A stretch of 64,000 nucleotides of DNA from Eledone cirrhosa. Taxonomy: Eukaryota. The stretch is from positions 12,524,001 to 12,588,000 of the forward strand of contig OZ024752.1 of assembly GCA_964016885.1 (NCBI GenBank). The letters are read 5' to 3'. Of the stretch, positions 39,015 to 51,300 are shown piece by piece. The notes below the pieces were generated by a model. The model saw only the letters and a list, made by a program, of their open reading frames with translations, ran no database searches and was not told the origin of the DNA. A program made the position numbers and the translations under genes. Position 1 is the first letter of the stretch. Every line of letters begins with the position of its first letter.

Positions 39015-40500
39015 AGACCCCTTCTTTCTAATCTCTGCTTCCATGTTTGGAATTTCTTCTTTAGTTCTGCCATAGATTCAGCTATAAGTGTAAGATCATC
39101 CGCATACAGAAGTTCCCATGGGCATCCGGTCTTAAACTCCTCTGTTATAGCCTGCAATACTATAATAAACAGGAGAGGGCTAAGAACAGAGCCTTGGTGG
39201 ACACTGACCTGTATGCTAAATTCCTTGCTATAGTCATTGCTAACCCTAACTTTGCTGACTGCTCACCTATACATGGCTTGTACAGCTTTCACAAGCCATT
39301 CATCTTCTCCTAGTTTTCTAAGAGCCCACCAGATTATAGCACGGGACACTCTGTCGAAAGCTTTTTCCAGATTGACAAATGTCAGGTAGAGCGGCTTACT
39401 TTTAGCTAGGTACTTCTGTAACTGCCTCACAAGAAAGAGAGCATCAGTGGTGCTTATTCCTGGCACAAACCCAAGCTGCATCTCGTCTAGTTTTACCCGG
39501 TCCCTAATCAGCTGTGCTATAACTCTTTCCGTTACTTTCATGACCTTGTCCATCAGCTTTATACCTCTATAGTTTCCTCTATCTAGTGCATCTCCTTTAC
39601 CCTTGTAACAGTTGACAATGATGCTGCTGCACCAATCCTTTGGAATGACACCCTCTAGTATTACCTGGTTAACAATGCGTGTGGTTATGATGTGACCTAC
39701 CGACCCAGATGCCTTCAGCATCTCAGCAGCTATACCCGATGGATCGCCTGCCTTCCCAGTCTTCATATCTTTAATTGCCTTACTTACTACGCTGCTGTTG
39801 ACTTGTATTGCTGGTCCCTCTATAGGGTTCACTTCAGGTAGAGTTTCTTCCTCCCATGCATTCTCCTCATTTAGTAACCTTTCATAATGGTTCTTCCACG
39901 CAGCTCTCTTCTCAACACTTAAGAGGGCAAGTTCACCTTTACCATTCCGGACACACTTCTCTCCAATGACATCACAATTCTCTCTGACACACTCCCTCAC
40001 AATCTTGAACACCTCCTGTTTCTGGTCCTCACGCTGCAATACATGCTTGAATTTTCTATCCTCCGCTTCCCTTCTAGCTAAGTATACTTGTCGCCTAGCT
40101 TCCCTCCTGGTCCCTATGTAACGTACCCTGCTCCCCCCGTTCTTCCATTCTTTCCATTCCTGTCTCTTAGCCTTAACTGCCTCATCTACCCTATTGTTCC
40201 ACTACTCTCCCCCTCCTCCCTGTGGTCTTACTCCAACCACAGATCTCGTCCATCACCTTTTAGTAAGTTATTTTTTAGGAATTCCCAGTACTCTTCTAAA
40301 TTGAATGTCTCTAACTGTTGTTCTTTACCGTCATAGGCGTCAAGTAAGATATCCTTAAATCTGTTATTGGTTGAGGGGTCTTTAGCTTCCAGATCTTTCT
40401 TCTCCAGGCTGCCTTCTGTTTTCAAATAACTCTAGTTTTGACATTGAGGTCGCTGACAACTAAGTTATGTTGGGAGGTACATTCCTAACCAGGGAAGGCT
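39015..40500 (-). mobile_element. RTE LINE internal fragment with RT N-terminal half (pseudogenised)
   Basis: KTGKAGDPSGIAAEMLK...PKDW...YKGKGD...NYRGIKL...QLGFVPG.STTDA...FVNLEKAFDRV; an RTE 3' UTR piece is joined at 38775-39015. Confidence 0.9.
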
Positions 40501-43100
40501 TTTGTATTTACAACCGTCCATCTATCTCATCCTCTGATAAGGATAATCATCATCATCATCATCATCATCATTTTACGTCCGCTTTTCCCTGCTTGCAAGG
40601 GTGGGACGGGACCATAATATCTATCTATATATATGTTTCTCTTTATTCATATAATTAATTACTTTTGTGAAAGCTATTTGCACCACAATCAATAATTAAT
40701 CCAAGTGCAATCCATATTTGTCATTCAACACATACCATTATCACTGTTTAATGTCCATTTTCCACACGAGCATGGGTTAGATGAGTTGTCCTATTGTGAG
40801 CAATGCCAGGTCAGTTGATTTCGTCTTCAGTGAGATCTCTAACCAGAATTTTATACTGTCGTCGTTATATAACTCTATCTTAACATACACCAATCTGAGC
40901 CAGTAACATTTGGTTCAATTCTTATTTTCTTAGGAGCTGTCTTCATCTTTACCATTCTTTACTGTAAAATTATTTTATTTGAACATTTTTATCTTCTGGG
41001 CATTCTGTCAGGAATTGAACAATTGATTCCAATTTCAACAAATTACATGAATATTTTTTAACCCTTTAGCATTTATACTGGCTGTATATGGCCAGAATTC
41101 TCTCACCTTTCTGTTCAAACCAGCTATAACCGGCTGCTCATCCAACATTAAGGTATTGTTCTCAAAATAAATAACAAAATCTCATAGATTCAATATTATG
41201 TGAGAAAAAGCCTTTACCGCGAAAATATGATAGTAAATATAGAATGTGAATGCTAAGGTTAACTAAAAGCAAAGTAAACATCTTTGTTATTTTGGCTTCA
41301 GATTTGAAAAAAGCTTATACTCTGTAGTTTTACAAGGTTTTTTTATTTATTTTATTTCAATCCATTTAATTTTCAAGTTATCTGTCATATGTATTTTAGT
41401 ATAATTAAACACTGAATTATAACATGTCTTAAATTTTTTAGATAAATAAGTTTAACCCTTTAGCATTCACATTACTCTATATATACTATTATATTTTCAT
41501 GGTAAAGGCTTTACCTCGCATAATATCGAATCTATGAGATTTTGAAAGTATTTATTTTGAGAACAATACCTTAACATCAGTATGAGTGGCCAGTTTCAAC
41601 AGAAAGAAACAGAGAATTCTGGCCGGTTTGAACATTAAAGGGTTAAGAAATGTCATTATTTTTAACCCCTTTCAATAGCAAACCACCTGAAATCACCCCT
41701 ACAAAGCTGTTTATTTTAACACTTTACCATTTACATTACTCTGTATATACTATTATAGGCAGTGAATTGACAGTTGTTAGAATGTCAGATAGAATGCTTT
41801 ATGGTATTTGTTCCAGCTCTCTGAGTTCAAATCCAGACGAGGTCAACTTTGCCTTTCATCCTTTCTAGGTTGATAAAAAAAAGGTACCAGTCTAGTACTG
41901 GGGTTGATTCCTCCTCTATATCTCTTTCTCATTTCTTCTCTCTCTCTCTCTCTCTCTCTCTAAGAAATCTGTTGTACTCAGACCTGGAGAGGGATGGGCT
42001 CTGCCAGGTTTAAAATGCCCAAGAAACGCTGTATGTCAATACAACGCCACTACAACTTTAGCAGGAGTTACGGGATCACGCTATACCATATATACTATTG
42101 CCTTTTCATAGATTCGATATCATGTGAGAATTATATGAGGTAAAGCCTTTACTGTAAAAATATAATAGTAAATATAGAGTAATGTAAATGTTAAAGGGTT
42201 AAGCAGATGATGGTTTTATCATCATCATTTAAAATCCATTTTCCACCCTAGCTTAGGTTAGACAGGTGGGTCCATTGTAAGATAAGTCAGATCAAGTGAC
42301 CATGTCTTGCTCATACAGACCTGTGTTTCATACAGCTTCGTTTCTATGGATAGATGTCTTTCCTAATGACAACCACATTTACAGCGCAGACTGGGTACTT
42401 TTTGTCATGGCATCAAATGACCATCTGACAGGTTGAACTGGGTACTTTTTGTTGTATTACCAACATGGCAACTTTACAGGGTAGACTTGGCACTTTTTGT
42501 TGTCACATAAAATGGTAGGGCTTTTCAGTAATGTAAATGTAGTAGTGCTGGAGTCACGATAAAATGCTCACAGTACACACTGTAAAATGTTTGACATTAG
42601 GAAAGGCATCCAGCCATGGAAATCAAGCTCAAAACGAAATACACCAGCAGAATGTGGTCACTTGACCAGTCATTCTTTAGAATGTGACAAGCATAGAAAA
42701 TAGACATAAACAGTGATGATGATGATGCTGATAGGTTGTATTATTTCATATGGTAAAAGGGCGGTGGATTGGCAGAATCGGTAGAGCATCAGACAACATG
42801 CTTAGTGGCACAGAGTTATGGCCCTTTCTATTCTGAATTCAAATCCCACCAAGGTTAGCTTTGCCTTTCATCCTTACTGGCTCGATAAAGTAAAGTACCA
42901 GTAATGTACTGGGGTCGATTTAATCGACTTTCCCCCTCTCCCCAAATTGTTGGTCTTGTGCCTATAATAGAAATCATTATTTGTATTATCTCTAACCATT
43001 TCTAATATGTGTCTGTGTCGTTGCAGTTTATTTCTCAAGTCATTTACACCTACGAAAATTATATATCAAGTATAAAAGTGGTTATTTTGAAAATCAAAAA

Positions 43101-45384
43101 ATGGGCCAATTAATAGAGGAAGAAACAAAACCTGAAGTTAGAGAAGAGATAAAACATGAAGAAAGTGTTGAGAAACAGTCAAATATTTCATCTGATTCAG
43201 CTGTTTCTATTGATAATGAGGATCTGGTAACAGCTTTTTCAAATATCACAATATCGAAAGATTCGATGACAGCAGTTCCTTTAGGAGAAGGACCAGACAC
43301 AGATTCTGACTCTGAACCAGAACAGGAAAATGAATGCAAAGGATTACGAAGAGGTCCAACTAATGGTGTAGCTGTGAGGCCAATCATCAACCAATGTTTT
43401 ACTTTTTCTGAATTGAAGGATAACAATTGCAAACGAACATGTGATCATTCTGAGGATCCCTGCTTTAAATACCAAAGGCCTGTGCACTTGCCTCATGCCT
43501 TGACTGAGAAATGGCTCAACAACAGTTTTAATGTGATTAATGGAGAAACTGAGCTTGCTCAGAATCTACCTTATGCATTATCAGAAGACTCAAGTTCTTC
43601 TATAGATTATGAAAATGATGTCTTGGCTGATTTGATGGATATAGTAGATGCAGATAAAAATAAGCTTTCCAATTCCAATACAGAGAATTTAAGATGTTCT
43701 TCTAAAGATTCTAAAATAAATATCATTAAAAAAACCTTGCAGTATGGCTATGACACCTCTCCTAAACATATATTCGAGAATAACTGTTTAGAATATCATG
43801 AAATAAAAAACAATAAGGCTTCACCACCACCACAGTGTGTTCCACAGCTTTATGATTTAAATTGTAGCAGCTCCGAGATAGAGCCTCCAACTATTGCTAC
43901 TGAATTCGAAAGTGACAACCAAATACTCTTCAAGCAACATTTAACATCAGATCTAAAGAATAACAGGCAGATTTTAATGAATCAATATACTCAAGAACAG
44001 CTTTTGCTAAATTCTGTTCAGCAAAACAGTACAACAGGTAAAAGTAACTCCATAAATGGTTTTCCGTTTATGAGAAATGAGCATAACTTCAGCAACTTTT
44101 GCAAAGAAGAACAAACTGCATTGAATGATTGTAACCAAATGTTACCTGCAAGGAATGCTGGTAATGAAAGACCGGATATAATGAATATTGGCATGAACAA
44201 TTATACCCAAATGAATTCTGGTTTTCCAATGCTAGGCATGCATAATTATGGCAACCAAGGACAAATTCTAATGAATGGGGTTACTGGCCAGCAACAACCC
44301 ATAAATGCTGGTAGCCGGAGACAGAATGCAGTCAGCACTGATTTCCAAGGACAAGCTGAAATGAATACTGGTAGATCAGGCCAAACTATAATGAATGCTC
44401 GTAACATAGCTAAGAATGCAATAAGTACTGGCAACCCAATTCAGACAATACCAAATGTTGGTAGCCCAATTCAGACCTTATCAAATGTTGGTAGCCCAAT
44501 TCATACCTTATCAAATGTTGGTAGCCCAATTCATACCTTATCAAATGTTGGTAGCCCAATTCATACCTTATCAAATGTTGGTAGCCCAATTCATACCTTA
44601 CCAAATGTTGGCAGCCCAATTCATACCTTACCAAATGTTGGCAGCCCAAACCAGACCTTACCAAATGTTGGCAGCCCAAACCAGACCTTATCAAATGTTG
44701 GCAGCCCAAACCAGACCTTATCAAATGTTGGCAGCCCAAACCAGACCTTATCAAATGTTGGCAGCCCAAGTCAGACCTTACCAAATGCTGCTAGCCCAAG
44801 TCAGACCTTTCCAAATGCTGGTAGCCCAAGTCAGACCTTTTCAGATTATGGCAGTCCAAGTCTGACCATCATGAATGATGATGAACAAGAACAGATAATA
44901 ATGAATGCTACAACCCAAGCACAGATGATTAATAATGGGAGCCAAAATTGGATTAATTCTCTTGAAGGACAAAATCTGTCTTCTGTTTCAGCACCCTGTC
45001 CCTCAAATGCCAATAAAGCTCCACTGATTCATTCCCAAAGGGCAGAACTTGTTGGACAAGGAGGACAAGTTTATTCTTCCCCATCACAACATATGTTAAA
45101 AGGAACCACACCCAATTTACAAAATCCCTCTGTTTCACAACCAACAGCAGTCTCATCTACTCCTGTCATTGTATCACCTTTTTACTTAATGTCTACTTCA
45201 AATACCCTCATCCTTGTTCAAAAGCCACAATCAAATAAATCCTCACCAAAACCAATATTGCCCAAACCACCTGCATCAGAGGGCAAACCAGCTGTGCTAG
45301 ATGAGAAATTTTTCTCAAAGCCTTTCAACACAACCAAGAAAGGAAAAAACATTTTCAATACTGATGTGAATGCACCCAAATCAG
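43101..45384 (+). CDS. Large coding exon (exon begins 43027): disordered N/Q/S-rich region with 10-aa repeats
   Basis: 761-codon open frame; acceptor ttgcag at 43026; donor CAG|GTTTGT at 45384. Confidence 0.85.
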
Positions 45385-48300
45385 GTTTGTTTATTTTAAG
45401 ATATTTTCTTTTACTATCTCTGTGTTATTATTATTCAGTGGATTGGCAGAATCGGAAGAGGGTCGGACACCATGCTAGGGTGGTAGAGGGGCGGACACCG
45501 TACTAGGGTGGTAGATTGGCAGTATCGGTAGAGGGTCGGACACCATGCTAGGGTGGTGGATTGGCAGTATCGGTAGAGGGTCGGGCACCATGCTAGGGTG
45601 GTGGATTGGCAGTATCGGTAGTGGGTCGGACACCATGCTAGGGTGGTGGATTGGCAGTATCGGTAGCGGGTCGGACACCATGCTAGGGTGGTGGATTGAC
45701 AGTATCGGTAGAGGGTCGGACACCATGCTTTGACTCATAGAGTTATGGCCCTTTAAGATCTGAGTTCAAATCATGCCGAGGTTAACTTTGCCTTTCATCC
45801 TTACAGGGTTGATAAAATAAAATACCAGTCACACACTAGGGTCGATTTAATCGACTTTCTCCCTCTCCACAAAATTGCTGGCCTTGTGCCTATATAAGAA
45901 ACCATTATTATTATTATTAATGGCGGCAGTGGATTGGCAGTATCAATAGAGGGTTGAGCACCATCCTTTGCAGCATAGAGTTGCGGCCCTTTACGTTCTG
46001 AGTTCAAATCCTGCTGAGGTAATTTTGCCTTTCATCCTTACAAGGTCGATAAAATAAAGTACCAGTAATACTCTGGGATAATTGTTGGCCTTGTGCCAAA
46101 AGTAGAAACATTATTATTAATGGTCTTAAAGGTGGTAGATTGGCAGAATCGGTAGAGCATCAGACAACATGCTTTGTAGCAATGACTTATGGCCCTTTGT
46201 GTTCTGAGTTCAAATCCCACTGAGGTTAGCTTTGCCTTTCATCCTTATGGGGTCGATAAAATAAAGCACCAGTGGTAGACTACGAGCAACATGGTTGGAT
46301 AACATCCATGAGCTCGGTTGTTCCCGCTTGGGGATCCAGTTGAATCATTTGGTGACGGTTGTTTCTGGTATGACTTTCTAGAAAGTCGGATCATTTGGTG
46401 ATAGTTGTTTCTGGTATGACTTTCTAGAAAGTCGGATCATTTGGTGATAGTTGTTTCTGGTATGACTTTCTAGAAAGTCGGATCATTTGGTGATAGTTGT
46501 TTCTGGTATGACTTTCTAGAAAGTCGGATCATTTGGTGATAGTTGTTTCTGGTATGACTTTCTAGAAAGTCGGATCATTTGGTGATAGTTGTTTCTGGTA
46601 TGACTTTCTAGAAAGTCGGATCATTTGGTGATAGTTGTTTCTGGTATGACTTTCTAGAAAGTCGGATCATTTGGTGATAGTTGTTTCTGGTATGACTTTC
46701 TAGAAAGTCGGATCATTTGGTGATAGTTGTTTCTGGTATGACTTTCTAGAAAGTCGGATCATTTGGTGATAGTTGTTTCTGGTATGACTTTCTAGAAAGC
46801 ATGTCTGAGGACTCAACCCTCCCAGGAATAAGCGGTAGGAGGAGTTGAAAAAGAAGAGGAAGAAGATGTTGCTGTTCTATGTTATGTTCCAAACATGGCT
46901 TAATAATTGTTTCTACTTTTGGCACAAGGCCAGCAATTACCCAGTGTATTACTAGTACTTTATTTTAAACATGGCTTAATAAGGTTGTTTTACACAATCA
47001 CAGAATTTGGCTTGTTTTAAAATTATTTGAAAAACATAGGCAATCTTTCATTAGAAATATGGTAAGGTGTAAGGAAAGGGTTAAAGTATTTATATATGAA
47101 CCTTTATGTTCGAAACGTAGCTTAATAATTGTTTCTACTTTTTGGCACAAGGCCAGCAATTATCCCAGGCATTACTGGTACTTTATTTTATCGACAATGA
47201 AAGGATGAAAGGCTAAGTTAACCTCGGTGGGATTTGAACTCAGAGAGCAGGAACGAATACAGTAAAGCATTCTATCTGACATTCTAATGACTCTGCCTAT
47301 TCACCGCCTTAATAATAAAAAAACATAGCTTAATAATGAGTTATTTTATGAAATATCAACTTCTTGTCTAGTTTTAAAATTATTTGGAAAATAGGCAGTC
47401 TTTCATTTGAAATGTGTTAAGGAAATGTTAGACATTTTACTGACAAGCTTCTTCCGCCATGCTTTATGGTAATATTTGATGATTAAATTTTTCATTTCTA
47501 CATAGGGATAGACTGGCCTTTTGTCCAGTGGGGAGGGGAGTCTTGTACTCTCAGTCGCTTCATGCCACAAAACCTGGATAAGCACTGGCCTAACAAGCTT
47601 TCTGGCTTGAGACAGACTTTTAGACATAGATAGTTGAAATAGTCAAGAATGGAAATCATCTTCACATGTTTTATGATAGAATATTTCTCTTTCCTCACCT
47701 ATTAATGACTGTACGAAAAAGTCAGCTTTCCTCACCTGTCTATTAACCTGTTAACTGCAGTGTATATTTTACACAGCTACAGTGGCTGTGTCGGGTTTTA
47801 TTTCAATAAAATGACTTATTTTGATAGACAAACGTTACATCAATAAACTAGTAACCCCATCTAGCTTGGAAGTTATGAACTGTTAGAAATGAGTTCAAAC
47901 ATGTTAGGACAAGTTATCTCGTCTACAGCACTGAAGAGGTTAATGACTACTTGTGAGACAGCTCTTCTCACCTGTCTATTAATGACTGTACTAACGAGAC
48001 ATCTCTTCTTACCTGTCTATTAATGCCAACCACCTTACCGGGTGTACTGGGTGCATTTTTCTTGACACCAACACAACCACTTTACAGTGTGTACTGGGTA
48101 TATATCTTGAACTGATTTTGGCTTGGTTTCTATAGCTGAATGCCCTTCCTAATGCCAACCTCATTTACAGTGAGTACTGGGTGCTTTTTGTTGTGACACT
48201 TACACAACAAATTTGCAGTGTGGACTGGGTGCTTTTGTCATGACACCTACAGGCCACTTTACTGTGTGGACTGGGTACTTTTTGCCATGGCACCTACACA

Positions 48301-51300
48301 ACTACCTTACATTGTGGGCTGGGTGCCTTTTTGCCATGTCACCATCACAACCACTTGAAAGTGTGGGCTGAAGGTTTTACTGGATGACTACTTCAGCTTG
48401 TCTTCAAGGGAGATGCATGGGAGTGCTCTCTCGCTACCTTTAGTTTTAGTGTCACAGTGCTTGCACTGGTGGACAGGACTTTTGTGTTAGGGCATATTGC
48501 TACTCAGCTTGGTCATATGTCATCTTCATGAGATAATATAAATATTTCTATTGACAAATATTGTTTCTTCCTCACTACATAATTATTTCTAGTTAACTTC
48601 ATAAACGTTCCTTGCATTAAATATAGTTTAACTTTAATTTTAAACTTTAATCTATAAGTATTTTAAATATTCTTCTTCTTTGCCCACTTATTCCTGAGAA
48701 GTGGAGTATTAGTCAATCAATTTTTTTAACAAATTTCCTGGTTTTGTTGTAATAACATTTTAGGGTGCTAAGCAAATCTTTTGATACGAACCCTCCTGAA
48801 ATTGGTCATTGGTTTATGATACCAACCCTCCTGAAATTGGTCACTGGTTTATGATACCAACCCTCCTGAAATTGGTCACTGGTTTATGATACCAACCCTC
48901 CTGAAATTGGTCACTGGTTTATGATACCAACTCACCTGAAATAGGTCATTGGTTTAGGACACCAAACTACCCAATCTAAAATGGTCATATTTCTATTAAA
49001 ACCTTCCATCATACTTTTATTTAAACAAGTTTTTTTAAGTGATGTTCCAAACATCAGCTTACCAATGAAAAAGTTATTTCATTTTATTTTCAAAATTAAT
49101 TGAAACACATGGGCAGGGTTTTTCATTAAAAATCTGGCAACAAAAGAGCTTCTTCTTCTTCTTCTTCTTCTTGAGAGGGTCATGGGGGCAGAGTCTGCAA
49201 ACACTCCCTCCATCAGGTCCTGTCTGAAGCAACAGATCCATCAGAATCCTCAAGTGAGACCACCCAAGCTCATGGATGTTATCCGACCATCTTGCTTAGA
49301 GTCTACCCTTGGGTCTCTTGCTAGTTGGTTTTGCTCATAAAATCTGTCTAGTGATTCTTTCCTGAGACATTCTAACCACATGCCCATAATATCAGAGCTA
49401 TGATCTCTCATTTTGGAGAAGTAGTGGCTCAACCTGGACTTTCTGATCTTCTTTACTCAATAAACGTTACTCCAAAGACCCTAACGTAAGAGCTAATTCA
49501 TTTTATTTATTGTACTCAACTTCGTTTTTTATGTCCTTAGAAAAGTAGAAATGTCGCAACTTTTATCTTTTCATTCTTTGTAGATTAATACTAATCACAT
49601 ATTTGACTAGATTCATCATACTTAAGATATAATTCAAGATAGAAAGAAAATATTGACTATTTCCTACTAGATTTAGTAAAAATGTAGTGTAATATTTATT
49701 TTGTCATTTTAACATTTAACATCCTATAATGGTTTAATAGAATATTTTTTATAAATGTGTATGTGGTTGGTGTTAGGAAGGGCATCCAACTATAACAATT
49801 GTTTCTACTTTTGGCACAAGGCCAGCAATTACCCAGTGCATTACAGGTACTTTATTTTATCGACACTGTAAGGACGAAAGACAAAGTTAACCTCGGCGGG
49901 ATTTGAACTCTGAATGGCAAGGGCTGGTGTCCGACCCTCTATCGATTCACCTAATCCCGGCCAAAATACAGTTTTGCCTGAACAAGGTTATGGCACGGCT
50001 AGCTGACCAGGTTTATCTCATGACATTGCTGATGCATCTAACTCATGCAAGCAAGGAAAAATAAACATTAAACGATGATGATGATGAATTCAAATATTTA
50101 TAGTGTCTTTACTAATGGACAGATTAAAGTAAAGACTTACATTTTTAATACTATTGTATTGTTTTTTTGTATGGATGTTTTTTCTACTGCATTTTCATGT
50201 GGTACAGGATGTTAAGAGTTAAAGCATTATAAAATCATAGATTTTAGCTACTTAGAGCAGAAAGTAGCAGTAACCTATTTATTATAACACATTGTTGACC
50301 AACAATGAGAAGGGACTTAGTTTAAATATTTTAATAGAAATATCCTTCCTGTCATTCCAAAACTTTAGTTAATTGACATAACATACTATCTAGTCAGTTA
50401 ACAATTGGCCTTTAGCCAAGTTCATCCTGTTGCATGCATTTGAACTAAATCCGCTGTTCCTTCAGTACCTTTGGCTTTCTTGCAGGTGTTGACCTGCAGA
50501 TGTTCAACCACATCAGTCTGAGAGGCAAGTCTGGCCAGGGTTTGCACCATGTGTCACACCTTGCTCCAGCAAGGACTGTAAATTTGGCTGGGTATTTTAC
50601 AGCTGTATGCCCTTCCCAACACCAACCACGTTTACAGTGTGGAACTGGATGGCTCCATTATAAGGAGGGACAAGAATATATGTAAATACAGTTTAATAGA
50701 AAAAGAAAATTTAGATTGAGAAGAATGGAATGTAAAATAGGAAAATATAAAGAAAAATGGAAAAGGAGGGAATGACAAGGACTCTAGTGTCACAAAAGAA
50801 TGCGGAAGGGGGAATGATTGGGCTCTGGGCCTAGGGCGTGGTGGTAAAGGAGCTCGCCCCGTGGACAAGACCACAAAAGCATTCCCGTGGACAATGGCCA
50901 GCGATATCCACTGTAACAGCCACCCCACCTCACCTCACGGGGGCTCCTTCCTCAGACTAGTCTGAAAAGACTTGCAACGGTCATGGGCACTGCCTCCTTC
51001 TTTCCTAAATTACTGGAGAATAAAAAATGGAAAAAGGGAATCTTTATCTCAGTTCGGTTTAAAATTTTTTTTTAATTTTTTCAAATTTTTCAAATTTTTT
51101 TCAAGGTGCTTCTCATCAACAAATAGCTCGCCGCTGTGTTGCTTCAAGAACTGATGAGGAATTACTTTCTGTTGATGCTGATGGTAATAATTATCTCCAT
51201 GCTGCTGTGTGTGTAACTGATGTTAATATGGTTATAGCTCTTTTGGAGAGAATCAGGCGAATGGAAAAACTTCATATAATTAATGACTGCAATTTAATTA

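Noticed and set aside
43345-43400. GVAVRP resembling the OCA peptide (GVRVK) of IkBzeta
   Set aside because: The downstream VKELL part is absent; similarity is too weak.
45385-45506. C-terminal 40 aa of the 801-aa ORF
   Set aside because: Intron read-through past the donor at 45384 into SINE sequence.
46344-46799. CRISPR-like regular array with palindromic repeat
   Set aside because: No unique spacers, eukaryotic context and no cas genes; it is a plain minisatellite.
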